Assembly: GCA_016935525.1 (NCBI GenBank)
Contig: JAFGQU010000005.1
Location: 2,190-66,189, forward strand
Reading direction: 5' to 3'
Origin: Candidatus Omnitrophota bacterium
GTDB lineage: Bacteria > Omnitrophota > Gorgyraeia > Duberdicusellales > 4484-171
Length of the DNA: 64,000 nucleotides
Below the pieces are notes generated by a model. That model saw only the letters and a list, made by a program, of their open reading frames with translations, made no database searches and had not been told where the DNA came from. Numbering within the stretch: the stretch's first letter is position 1; each line of letters starts with the position of its first letter. The position numbers and the translations under genes are program-made. Below, in pieces: positions 1-8,146 of this stretch.

Positions 1-1
1 G

Positions 2-187
2 ATTATCCGGCATAAGATCATGAATACCCCGATTAATTCAAAAGAAATATTCCTTTTTCATGATGGTGCCGAAAAGTTCCCTATTGTCAGCCGGCGGGCT
101 ACGGTTGAGGTACTTCCTCACATTCTCCATCGTAACCAGAAAAACAACATCCATCCACTCACGCTTTCAGAGATGTTGGGTGTCTGA
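2..187 (+). CDS. Polysaccharide deacetylase (NodB-type), C-terminal fragment truncated by the window edge
   Basis: Frame 2 reads ...EIFLFHDG...ATVEVLPHIL...PLTLSEMLGV*, matching the LxHD motif and C-terminal end of NodB-family deacetylases. Confidence 0.65.
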   Translation: MIRHKIMNTPINSKEIFLFHDGAEKFPIVSRRATVEVLPHILHRNQKNNIHPLTLSEMLGV

Positions 188-203
188 ACAGGATTAACAT
201 ACT

Positions 204-734
204 ATGACGAAATATTCCCGGATAGGTATAGTCATTTTATGCGCAGCGATAGTATCTCTATGCGGGTGCGATGTTATCCTGAGGATACTGCAGAAAGAAA
301 TAGGCCAGGAAACCGAACTATTGGGCGACACAGCGGTCGCTCATAATCCCCAGATCGAATATCTTCAAAAAATGCTGCAAAGCCTGGGGTATGCCCCGGG
401 AATAATCGACGGGCAAATAGGGTTTCGTACCCGCAGTGCGATAAAGAAATTCCAGGAAGACTATGGTTTAGAAGATCACGGGTATGTCGATAGAAAGACC
501 TGGGACCGATTGATCCAGGAATATGAGACGATCGGCCTTACCTTGGAGCGGCTTACGCCTAAACAGATCCAGGCCGCATTAAAAGCGGCCGGCTTCTCAC
601 CGGGATCGATGGACGGGAAGATGGGGGTTCATACGATTGAGGCGCTAAAGAAATTCCAGAAATCTCAAGGGCTCCAGGCCGACGGAAAAGTCGGAATCCG
701 TACCTGGCGAGTATTAAAAGAATTCTTGCCCTAA
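204..734 (+). CDS. Lipoprotein with two peptidoglycan-binding (PG_binding_1) domains
   Basis: Lipobox LCGC; two repeats LQxxLxxLGY.PG.IDG..G..T..AIKKFQ...GL..DG.V...TW. Confidence 0.85.
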   Translation: MTKYSRIGIVILCAAIVSLCGCDVILRILQKEIGQETELLGDTAVAHNPQIEYLQKMLQSLGYAPGIIDGQIGFRTRSAIKKFQEDYGLEDHGYVDRKTWDRLIQEYETIGLTLERLTPKQIQAALKAAGFSPGSMDGKMGVHTIEALKKFQKSQGLQADGKVGIRTWRVLKEFLP

Positions 735-778
735 TAAAGTTATATAAGAGAAATATAAAACGAAGATAAACTATTTTT

Positions 779-806
779 TTGACTTTACCCGGCACGGTAG
801 TATAAT
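779..806 (+). promoter_or_regulatory. Sigma70-type promoter
   Basis: TTGACT-N16-TATAAT upstream of the ORF at 881. Confidence 0.55.
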
Positions 807-833
807 GAAAAAGGAAAAATTATAGGTAAGGTA

Positions 834-860
834 TTTAAAAAAACTTTTTTTTGCCGATAA
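834..860 (+). promoter_or_regulatory. Sigma28 (FliA)-type promoter
   Basis: Perfect -10 GCCGATAA (853-860) with a weaker TTTAAAA -35 region. Confidence 0.55.
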
Positions 861-880
861 AAAAATAAATAGGGAAAATA

Positions 881-1252
881 TTGAACGAGATTGTCGAACA
901 ATATAATAACCTACTGGATATAATACTCACCCAGATAAAAGCGGTACAATGTCAACAATGGGATGAACTTCAGGATTTAACAAACCGCAAACAACAATGT
1001 TTAGAATTCCTGGTCGCGCGTGAAGAGGCGCTCACTGATACTGAGAAACAGCCGCTCCATGATAAGGTGTTGCCGGTCGTGCAACAGATCGTCAAAGAAG
1101 ACGCGCGCTTGAATACTTTGTTGCGGGAAAGTAAACATCATCTGGATATAGAAATAAAAAAAGTAAGCAGCGGCAAGAAAAATATGGGTAAGATTTCCGG
1201 TCTTTACGGAAAAAAATTTACTAACAACTCTGCATTTAATAAACAATGTTAG
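881..1252 (+). CDS. FliT/FlgN-like flagellar export chaperone
   Basis: 123-aa helical protein with WDELQDLTNRKQ (FliT-like WdeL..L...R); sigma28-like promoter. Confidence 0.5.
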   Translation: MNEIVEQYNNLLDIILTQIKAVQCQQWDELQDLTNRKQQCLEFLVAREEALTDTEKQPLHDKVLPVVQQIVKEDARLNTLLRESKHHLDIEIKKVSSGKKNMGKISGLYGKKFTNNSAFNKQC

Positions 1253-2010
1253 ATTTTATCCAGGATACGGTTGAAAAAATACTGAAATTCATCCAGAAGG
1301 CCAACAAGGTTTATTTAGGTATCGGAGCCGCGGTCGCAATAATTCTGATTATTGCTATTGTGGTGATGATAACCCAGGGTGCCGACCGTCAAAAAGCACA
1401 ACTGGCGCGACAACAACTGGAACAGCAGGAGATCGACCAACAGATGGAAGCGCTCAGAATGGATGATCAACCGCTCAGCCCTGAGGAGATCATCGAACGG
1501 GAAAAACAGCTTATCGGCGAAGATGAGTTGCCAAAAGACCTCGGGGTAGCTCCTAAAGAAACACCTCAACCGGAAAAGCCGCGCACAGTAAATAAAAGCG
1601 ATCTTCAGTTAATGTCGGAATCAGGGCTGTTTGTCCATCTGTATGAAGTATTGCCTAAAGGTAAACCGGGCCCGATTGTGATGACTTTAAAGGTGATGAA
1701 AGATCGTGATATGGATGTAGTCGCGACGTTACGTAAAGTCATAATAAATTCTGCCGACGACCTTGCCATGCGTAAAAATGCGATATTAGGGCTTTATTAT
1801 ATCGGAGGGAAAGAAGTCATTCCGTTATTGAAAGCTTCGGCGCGCACCGATCCCGATGAAGGAGCGCGAAAGCTAGCGCTGTTTTGTGTGGATTTTCTTT
1901 CCGGAGCAACCGAAAAAGATTTTTTTGCGGAAATTGCCCAAAACGATCCGGCAGCGGAGATCCGTAAAGAAGCTCAAGAATATTTCGAAATCAGGAATAG
2001 AGGTCAATGA
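1246..2010 (+). CDS. Membrane-anchored HEAT-repeat protein
   Basis: N-terminal TM helix; HEAT-like repeats (DLAMRKNAILGL, DEGARKLALFCV, AAEIRKEAQEY). Confidence 0.6.
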   Translation: MLDFIQDTVEKILKFIQKANKVYLGIGAAVAIILIIAIVVMITQGADRQKAQLARQQLEQQEIDQQMEALRMDDQPLSPEEIIEREKQLIGEDELPKDLGVAPKETPQPEKPRTVNKSDLQLMSESGLFVHLYEVLPKGKPGPIVMTLKVMKDRDMDVVATLRKVIINSADDLAMRKNAILGLYYIGGKEVIPLLKASARTDPDEGARKLALFCVDFLSGATEKDFFAEIAQNDPAAEIRKEAQEYFEIRNRGQ

Positions 2011-2440
2011 GTAATCCTTGTATTTCACCGACTTTTTCCAGGATACGCAGGTTGTCGACCTCTTTATTCAATACTAATTTGAGCAGGTCTTCTAAAGAGT
2101 TGTCGATGCTTTCGATGGCGACCAGAATGTTTTGTTTTCCGCGCGGATTAAGATTAACTTTTTCGGAAAGGTGGTAGATGTTTTTCACCAGGAGGTCTAA
2201 AAAATTTTTTACGAGGCTTTTATATTTTAAAACGCTATCGAGAGTCCTTCGTGTGACCATCATTTTCCCTTCTTCTTCGATATCGAGGAGCATCCGGCTC
2301 AACTGTTTGCGCAATTCTTTTTTGATCGATTCTTGCAGGCTGTCTTTAAAACTTTGGGTTGAGGAACTTTTTATAACGGTCCGGGAAGAGATTTTCCGTT
2401 TGCGGCGGACAGTGCGGAGGGGGAACCGGTGTACTCTCAT
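1991..2440 (-). CDS. YaaR/DUF327 family protein
   Basis: Motifs YKSLVKNFL and VGEIQGLLIDLYS are typical of the family; the only credible minus-strand gene in the window. Confidence 0.75.
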   Translation of the reverse strand: MRVHRFPLRTVRRKRKISSRTVIKSSSTQSFKDSLQESIKKELRKQLSRMLLDIEEEGKMMVTRRTLDSVLKYKSLVKNFLDLLVKNIYHLSEKVNLNPRGKQNILVAIESIDNSLEDLLKLVLNKEVDNLRILEKVGEIQGLLIDLYS

Positions 2441-2482
2441 CGCAAATAGATTATCTTATTCTTTAAATCAAGTCAATACGGC

Positions 2483-3121
2483 ATGATGGTAAGAAAGAAA
2501 TTATTACTTCCGTTCATTATCCTTTTGATCGCCGGCTGTGCCGGTCCGAACATCGAAAACTATTATACTGCGCCGAGGTTTACAAGTTACTATGTAAAAG
2601 ACGTAGGGTTTTTGGGGATTACTTCCCGGGAAGACCTGCCTCCGGATGTCGTCTCCCGGGTGGAAGAGACGTTCCTGCGCGAATTAAGGAAACGTAATTG
2701 GTACCGGGTCCAGAGGATTACCGAGGGAGATCTTAACGATTTTGATAAGATGAAGACTATCGATACGGTGCTTTGGGGGGAGATCCTTTATTACAAAAAC
2801 AATGAACCGTTCCGGTTCGGATTAAGCACCAAGATGAGATTTATCAATACCGACCAGATCATCTGGAGCGCTTATTATATTTTCGATGCCGCGAACCAAA
2901 AGACGATCGACCTGTTGGAAAATTATTATCAACAGCGGTTATATCCGCACTCGCCGTTATGGGGATATAAATTGTATTTATTGAATATGGATAAATTTGT
3001 GGAATTTTCTTGTAATAGCATTCTCGATACTATACAATTAGGATTAGAGGAAAAAGAAGAGGAAGAACGGCCAGCCGAATCAGAAACGCAAAACGGTGGT
3101 TCCTCTGGAGATGAAAAATAG
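2483..3121 (+). CDS. Lipoprotein, CsgG/TolB-N-like fold (function unknown)
   Basis: Lipobox LIAGC; DTVLWGEI...KMRFINTDQIIWS pattern. Confidence 0.55.
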   Translation: MMVRKKLLLPFIILLIAGCAGPNIENYYTAPRFTSYYVKDVGFLGITSREDLPPDVVSRVEETFLRELRKRNWYRVQRITEGDLNDFDKMKTIDTVLWGEILYYKNNEPFRFGLSTKMRFINTDQIIWSAYYIFDAANQKTIDLLENYYQQRLYPHSPLWGYKLYLLNMDKFVEFSCNSILDTIQLGLEEKEEEERPAESETQNGGSSGDEK

Positions 3122-3134
3122 CGGGGGAAGGAAT

Positions 3135-3593
3135 ATGAAGAAAACGATTTTGTTTCTCATGCCCATACTTTTTGGCGCGATGACGGTAAGTGCCGAACCT
3201 ATAGTCAATTTCCAGCCGAAAAACTTTTTCCAGAAAAAACATGTCGGCCCTAAAAGTTCCGGTCCGCGCATGATCGAAGTCGAAGAAGAGGTCTGGTTTG
3301 CGTTGCATGAAGAGATCAATACCCTGCGGGATGAAGCCCTGCGCATGCAGACAAGATTAAAAGTCGCTGAAGCTGAAATCGCCCGTCTAAGAGAAAGCCA
3401 GTATGTCGAAGGCGGCGGTGCGGGAGCGACCACCTATCAGGTAAAAGAAGAAGATAGCTTATGGAAGATCGCTAAAAAGTATTATAAAGACCCGTTTAAA
3501 TGGTTATGGTTGTTTAAAGCCAATATTGCTCAATTGGACGACCCCGATAAAATTTATCCCGGACAAATCCTGGATATCCCGAGGTACGAATGA
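3135..3593 (+). CDS. Secreted LysM-domain protein
   Basis: Signal peptide from ATG 3135, coiled coil, YQVKEEDSLWKIAKKYY...PDKIYPGQILDIP. Confidence 0.85.
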   Translation: MKKTILFLMPILFGAMTVSAEPIVNFQPKNFFQKKHVGPKSSGPRMIEVEEEVWFALHEEINTLRDEALRMQTRLKVAEAEIARLRESQYVEGGGAGATTYQVKEEDSLWKIAKKYYKDPFKWLWLFKANIAQLDDPDKIYPGQILDIPRYE

Positions 3594-4903
3594 TGAAAAA
3601 AATATTCTTATTACTGGGCGTGTTTATGTTAGGGCTGTTTTTTTTCTGCTCGACCAAAGCCTTTGCGGCACCGGATATGAGCGGAAAAAACTATCGTTCC
3701 CGTTGGGAAGAAGCGGAAATGAAATATAAAGGAGAAGATAAAGAACGTAAAGCCCAGGAACGTAAACAGCTTTATACCAGAGTGTATTTTGAACTGGGAA
3801 AAGAATATTATACGTTAGAAGATTATGCCGCGGCGCTGGTCAGTTTCCGGCGGGTGATCGATTTAGAGCAAAATTTAGAACAAAAAGAATATACCCCGAT
3901 GGCCGAAGAATATCTTAAAGAAGTTGAAAAACGGCTTCCCCGGCAGATCGAGACTCAATATTCGGTGAGTTACGGAAAAGATCTGGGACGTCTTAAGAAA
4001 GGGATAGATTTTATTTTAGCGCAAAAACCCGAAGTCCAGCCGCCAGAAGAACCGGAGATGCCGGCCGAAGAAGCAATAGAAGAATCCGCCCCGGAATCGG
4101 CAGTGGAAGAAGCCGAGCTGTCCGTTGATACTGCCGGACAGGAAACCGTAGTAGTAATGATCCCGGCTGATATTCAGGACCCTAAAATGCAAAGGATCCA
4201 TGCTTTGCGCCAGCAGGTAGGAGAAACTCAGGAAGATTTAGAAAAAGACCGGGAATTGATGAGACTGGCGTTACAGAAAGAGGTCCTTCAGTCAAAAAAA
4301 GAGATAGAGAAGCTTATCTATGAACAGAAGATCAGACAGGTCGGCAACCGGGCGGAAGTGGAAAACCGGCTGATGACATTGAAAGAACTCTATGGCAGCG
4401 GAGATTATGCCAATGCCTTACCGGAAGCAAAGATGATCCTTGAATTAGACCCTACCAATCGTTTCGCCAAACGCGTAAAAGAGATCATTGAAACGAAAAA
4501 CCGTAAAGAACGGGAAGAGAAGATCCGTAAAGCCAAACAGGAAATGTGGCGTAAGCAGACGATTCAGGAACGTGCCCGGCTTAAGCAGGAACGGCAGGAA
4601 GCCTTACGCCGCCAGAAAGAATTAGCCGAGGCTGCCCGGAAAGAAAAAGAACAAGCCCGGCTGAGACGCGAAGAAGAAAAACAGGCAAAAGCCGAAGCCG
4701 CCCGTCAAAAAGAACTCGCGCTCCAGATCGAAGCAGATTTAGAAGAAGCGCAGGAATATATTTTACGCGAAGATTATACCCGGGCGACTTCCCGGATCAA
4801 AGAAGTACTCCAGATCGATCCCAACCATCCCGAAGCGTTGCGGCTGAAGGATTATATTGAATTACGGCTCCAGGGGATTACTCAGCAGTTGCAGACTTAT
4901 TAA
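3590..4903 (+). CDS. Secreted TPR/coiled-coil protein
   Basis: Signal peptide AFA; TPR motifs (ILELDPTN, VLQIDPNH); long E/K/R/A coiled coil. Confidence 0.65.
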   Translation: MMKKIFLLLGVFMLGLFFFCSTKAFAAPDMSGKNYRSRWEEAEMKYKGEDKERKAQERKQLYTRVYFELGKEYYTLEDYAAALVSFRRVIDLEQNLEQKEYTPMAEEYLKEVEKRLPRQIETQYSVSYGKDLGRLKKGIDFILAQKPEVQPPEEPEMPAEEAIEESAPESAVEEAELSVDTAGQETVVVMIPADIQDPKMQRIHALRQQVGETQEDLEKDRELMRLALQKEVLQSKKEIEKLIYEQKIRQVGNRAEVENRLMTLKELYGSGDYANALPEAKMILELDPTNRFAKRVKEIIETKNRKEREEKIRKAKQEMWRKQTIQERARLKQERQEALRRQKELAEAARKEKEQARLRREEEKQAKAEAARQKELALQIEADLEEAQEYILREDYTRATSRIKEVLQIDPNHPEALRLKDYIELRLQGITQQLQTY

Positions 4904-4936
4904 AGGGCGGCGACGTGCCCATTTCTGGATGAAAGG

Positions 4937-5848
4937 ATGTCCCACATATACCGTCTTGTCGTTCCGGCGATTTTCAATCCAAATTCTTTCGAATATTTTC
5001 TAGACCAACTGCCCTCTCCCGATGACCTTCCGCAAAGCCTTATATTACTGGATCTGGGATTGGTGTCGGCGATCTCTCCTTATGGGATAGGGAGTCTGCT
5101 TATCCTTTATCGGTATACCTTAAACCTCGGTGCCCGGTTAGAGATCGATTTTTATGACAACGATTCCATGTACAGACGATTCCAAAGGTGGGGCATGTTT
5201 GAATATATGCCTTGCGGATATAACCGGAAAGATGCCTCCTCCGCCGAAGAAGAAAACCTGTCCACCGATATCTTTTTGAAATTACAGTTGATCAAAAGCG
5301 AAGACGATATATACAAAGCGATCGAGTTTTTAAGAGAGAATTTACAGCTTCCCCAGGAAGAATTCACCGATCTTATCGTGGTGATTTCCGAAATCACCCA
5401 GAACATACTTGAACATAGCGATACCGAAGGGTTTCTTAATATCGGGAGAGAATATCATCGTATCCGCCGGCGTAATTTTCTGCATATATGCGTTGCCGAT
5501 TCCGGATTAGGTATGGGGCAAAGCTTAAAAGAGAAATTACGCCACTATCAGGATGACTATCTTGACGGATTTGCGATCTATAAAGCGCTCTATGAAGGGA
5601 TTTCCCGTTATGACGACCCGGGCCGGGGCAACGGGGTGATCAAAACCAGAGGGATCGTGAAAAAATATCACGGGAAAATGGTGATTCGCTCCGGCTGTGC
5701 CAAACTCTGGGGCGATGTCCCGACCTGGCAGATCGAACGGTTTTTGCGTAAAAATCTTCGTTATCTTCCTGGAACTCAAGTACATATAACTTTTCCTATA
5801 TCCGTTTCCCCAGTCGAGCCGTCCTGTGCCCTGATAAAAAAATCTTGA
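4937..5848 (+). CDS. STAS-like + HATPase_c (anti-sigma/serine kinase-like) protein
   Basis: N-terminal LLDLGLVSAISPYG (STAS-like); EITQNILEHS (N box), VADSGLG (G1), GRGNG (G2). Confidence 0.75.
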   Translation: MSHIYRLVVPAIFNPNSFEYFLDQLPSPDDLPQSLILLDLGLVSAISPYGIGSLLILYRYTLNLGARLEIDFYDNDSMYRRFQRWGMFEYMPCGYNRKDASSAEEENLSTDIFLKLQLIKSEDDIYKAIEFLRENLQLPQEEFTDLIVVISEITQNILEHSDTEGFLNIGREYHRIRRRNFLHICVADSGLGMGQSLKEKLRHYQDDYLDGFAIYKALYEGISRYDDPGRGNGVIKTRGIVKKYHGKMVIRSGCAKLWGDVPTWQIERFLRKNLRYLPGTQVHITFPISVSPVEPSCALIKKS

Positions 5849-5872
5849 CAAACCCGCCATTCGTGATATATT
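5845..5872 (+). promoter_or_regulatory. Sigma70 promoter followed by an imperfect palindrome (5871-5891)
   Basis: TTGACA-N16-TATATT with extended TG; TTTCAA-N9-TTGAAA dyad over the start site. Confidence 0.55.
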
Positions 5873-5892
5873 TCAATTGATTAATTTGAAAT

Positions 5893-6477
5893 ATGGCACC
5901 CCTTCAAATGCTTAAACTTAAAGAGGTGATACAAAAAGAGATCAATGGGACCTACGTTGACCTGGTCACGCGTCAGGTGGGGAGGGTTGTCTTTTCAAAG
6001 TTGGAATCAGAGATCAAGGGCCTTGCCGAGGGGACGGTATTGGTCATCGACTTCTCAGGGATCGGAGCGATCGATTATTCCTGCGCCGATGAGATCTTTG
6101 CAAAACTTATTTCCCGCCTGCAGTTAAATGAGTATGGAGAAAAATACATTGCGTTTAAAAACCTTACCTCGGGGCATAAAGAGAATATTCAGATAGTGTT
6201 AGAAAAAAAAGACCTTGCCGTATTGATCAGAGAAAAAAACGGCTGGGATATCCTCGGCGCGTTAGACGATTATCTGCTTCAGACTTTAAAAGTGATTATG
6301 AAGGAAGGGCAATTGTCTTCTTCGGAACTTTCGGTACGGTTTGATCTTGCGCTCAATACCGCCAGCATGCGCCTGAGCAATCTAAGTAAGTTGCGGTTAG
6401 TAAGTAAAAAGAGTTCGGTGAATACCGTGGGCAAGCGTTGTTTTATCTATAATGCTCTCTTAGATACAAAAAATTAA
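5893..6477 (+). CDS. STAS-like (DUF4325-type) + winged-HTH regulator
   Basis: VIDFSGIGAIDYSCADE (STAS phosphoserine region); C-terminal SSSELSVRFDLALNTASMRLSNLSKLRLV wHTH. Confidence 0.65.
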   Translation: MAPLQMLKLKEVIQKEINGTYVDLVTRQVGRVVFSKLESEIKGLAEGTVLVIDFSGIGAIDYSCADEIFAKLISRLQLNEYGEKYIAFKNLTSGHKENIQIVLEKKDLAVLIREKNGWDILGALDDYLLQTLKVIMKEGQLSSSELSVRFDLALNTASMRLSNLSKLRLVSKKSSVNTVGKRCFIYNALLDTKN

Positions 6478-6574
6478 TTAATTGATTGCATAGGTAATCA
6501 TGTGCTTATATACTAATATTATAGTTATATATATGTCGGGCGCCGGAGATCCAGCTTCTTCATGCGTCAATGCC

Positions 6575-6603
6575 TTGACAAAAGAGAGGAGGTGAGATAT
6601 AAA
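6575..6603 (+). promoter_or_regulatory. Sigma70 promoter of the flgB operon
   Basis: TTGACA-N17-TATAAA. Confidence 0.7.
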
Positions 6604-6638
6604 TAACTTAGGTATTTTTTCAGTGGGGAGGAAGAATT

Positions 6639-6665
6639 ATGGCTGGACCGCACTGCGGAAGCTGT
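6639..6665 (+). promoter_or_regulatory. Putative cis-regulatory RNA hairpin (GGCUGGACC...GGAAGC), copy 1
   Basis: Same motif with a covarying inner stem at 15465-15493. Confidence 0.55.
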
Positions 6666-6713
6666 GTTGTCGCCGGTTTATTGCCGCGACTCAAAAGATG
6701 GTATTTTTAAAAC

Positions 6714-6751
6714 AAAGCAACTCTTTTTGTTAAGAGTTGCTTTTTATTTTT
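6714..6751 (+). terminator. Intrinsic terminator/attenuator in the flgB leader
   Basis: AAAGCAACTCTT / AAGAGTTGCTTT 12-bp stem followed by a U-rich tract, between the promoter and flgB. Confidence 0.7.
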
Positions 6752-7168
6752 ATGGGTGACATTTTTTTCGATAATCAGATGTTAAATATTCTCCAGCAGG
6801 GGCTTAATGGAGTCTCTCAGCGTCATCGGGTCCTTTCCAACAATATCGCGAATGCCGATACGCCGAATTTTAAACGGTCGGACGTGGATTTCTACGGAAC
6901 CCTCAGCCGGATCATCCAAAAAGAATCAAAGACCGCGCCCCTGTATACCACTCATCCTGATCATTTGGCGGTTTCTCAACCGGTGATGTCTCCGGTGTTC
7001 GGGATCATGCAGTCTTTTGATACTACCCAGCGTGCCGACGGGAATAATGTCGATATCGAAAAAGAAATCGTAGAAGTGAATAAAAATGCGATTTTACACG
7101 ATACGTTGATTAATTTTGTATCCAGTGAATTCTCAGGACTGCGTTACGCAATCCAGGAGGGGAGGTAA
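6752..7168 (+). CDS. flgB: Flagellar basal-body rod protein FlgB
   Basis: SNNIANADTPNFKRSDV, DGNNVDIEKE; start moved to ATG 6752. Confidence 0.96.
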   Translation: MGDIFFDNQMLNILQQGLNGVSQRHRVLSNNIANADTPNFKRSDVDFYGTLSRIIQKESKTAPLYTTHPDHLAVSQPVMSPVFGIMQSFDTTQRADGNNVDIEKEIVEVNKNAILHDTLINFVSSEFSGLRYAIQEGR

Positions 7169-7171
7169 ACA

Positions 7172-7606
7172 ATGAATTTTCTCGGTTTTGATATTAATGC
7201 TTCGGCGCTCACTGCCCAGCGGTTAAGAATGGACGTGATTGCCAGTAATATCGCCAATGTCAATACGACCCGTACCCCGGAGGGGGGACCTTATCGCCGA
7301 AAGATGGTCGTATTCCAGGAACAATTAAAAGATTCTATTGCGAGCATGCCGTTTTCTTCCGGTGAAAACGTTTTGGGCGGAGTAAAAGTATCGCAGATCG
7401 TTCAGAGCAATGAGTCGCCGCTCATCACGTATCAACCGGGTCACCCCGATGCCGATGAGAATGGGTATGTGGCGATGCCGAATGTGAACATTGTGCATGA
7501 GATGACCGATATGATCTCGGCTACGCGGGCTTATGAAGCTAATTTGATGACGATGAGTCTTGGGAAATCGATGTATACCCGGACTCTGGATATTATGAGA
7601 ATATAA
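7172..7606 (+). CDS. flgC: Flagellar basal-body rod protein FlgC
   Basis: ASNIANVNTTRTPEGGPYRRK, PGHPDAD..GYV.MPNVN. Confidence 0.97.
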   Translation: MNFLGFDINASALTAQRLRMDVIASNIANVNTTRTPEGGPYRRKMVVFQEQLKDSIASMPFSSGENVLGGVKVSQIVQSNESPLITYQPGHPDADENGYVAMPNVNIVHEMTDMISATRAYEANLMTMSLGKSMYTRTLDIMRI

Positions 7607-7746
7607 TGAGGTCACAACTTATGGAGCAAAAAGGACATAAGTTGTATGACCGAATTATACCCTTGACAATTTTGGGTGAAATTGTCAAGGGTTCAATTCG
7701 ACCAGGTAATTTACAATCAATGAGTTCCGTAAATTACGGTCTCATT
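7605..7746 (+). mobile_element. Four-way-junction palindromic element, empty copy A
   Basis: AATGAG...CTCATT closing stem, three hairpins, central CGAATT..CCCTTGACA / TGTCAAGGGTTCAATTCG shared with 34590-34751 and 50621-51029. Confidence 0.65.
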
Positions 7747-7760
7747 GAAGGAGGTAGAAA

Positions 7761-8078
7761 GTGGTACATAACATAGATCTATATTCCTCTTCCCTTAAAG
7801 ATATCTATACTCAGGCCCGGGCCGATATGGTCAAACAAAGTCGGGGCGAGGCCGATTCTAATGCTTCGTTTATGGATTTTCTCCAGGGGGCGCTTGACCG
7901 CGTCAACTCCAATTTTATCGAAGCCGATGATGCGATGAAAGGGTTTATGCTGGGTAAAGGCGAGCTTCATGAGGTGTTGATGTCTATACAGAAAGCGAAT
8001 TTAGAATTTCGGTTTGCGATGCAGGTGCGTAATAAACTTATCGAGACCTATCAGGAAATCATGCGGATGCAGGTGTAA
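7761..8078 (+). CDS. fliE: Flagellar hook-basal body protein FliE
   Basis: LHEVLMSIQKA...QVRNKLIETYQEIMRMQV. Confidence 0.96.
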   Translation: MVHNIDLYSSSLKDIYTQARADMVKQSRGEADSNASFMDFLQGALDRVNSNFIEADDAMKGFMLGKGELHEVLMSIQKANLEFRFAMQVRNKLIETYQEIMRMQV

Positions 8079-8146
8079 GCGAGAAGGAAGATAAAAATGA
8101 ACAGAGAGATAGCGTGGAATCAAAATAAAAGAAAGCGAGGCCGAAC

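Noticed and set aside
4490-4730. Repetitive E/K/R/A-rich sequence
   Set aside because: Low-complexity coiled-coil coding sequence, not a DNA repeat element
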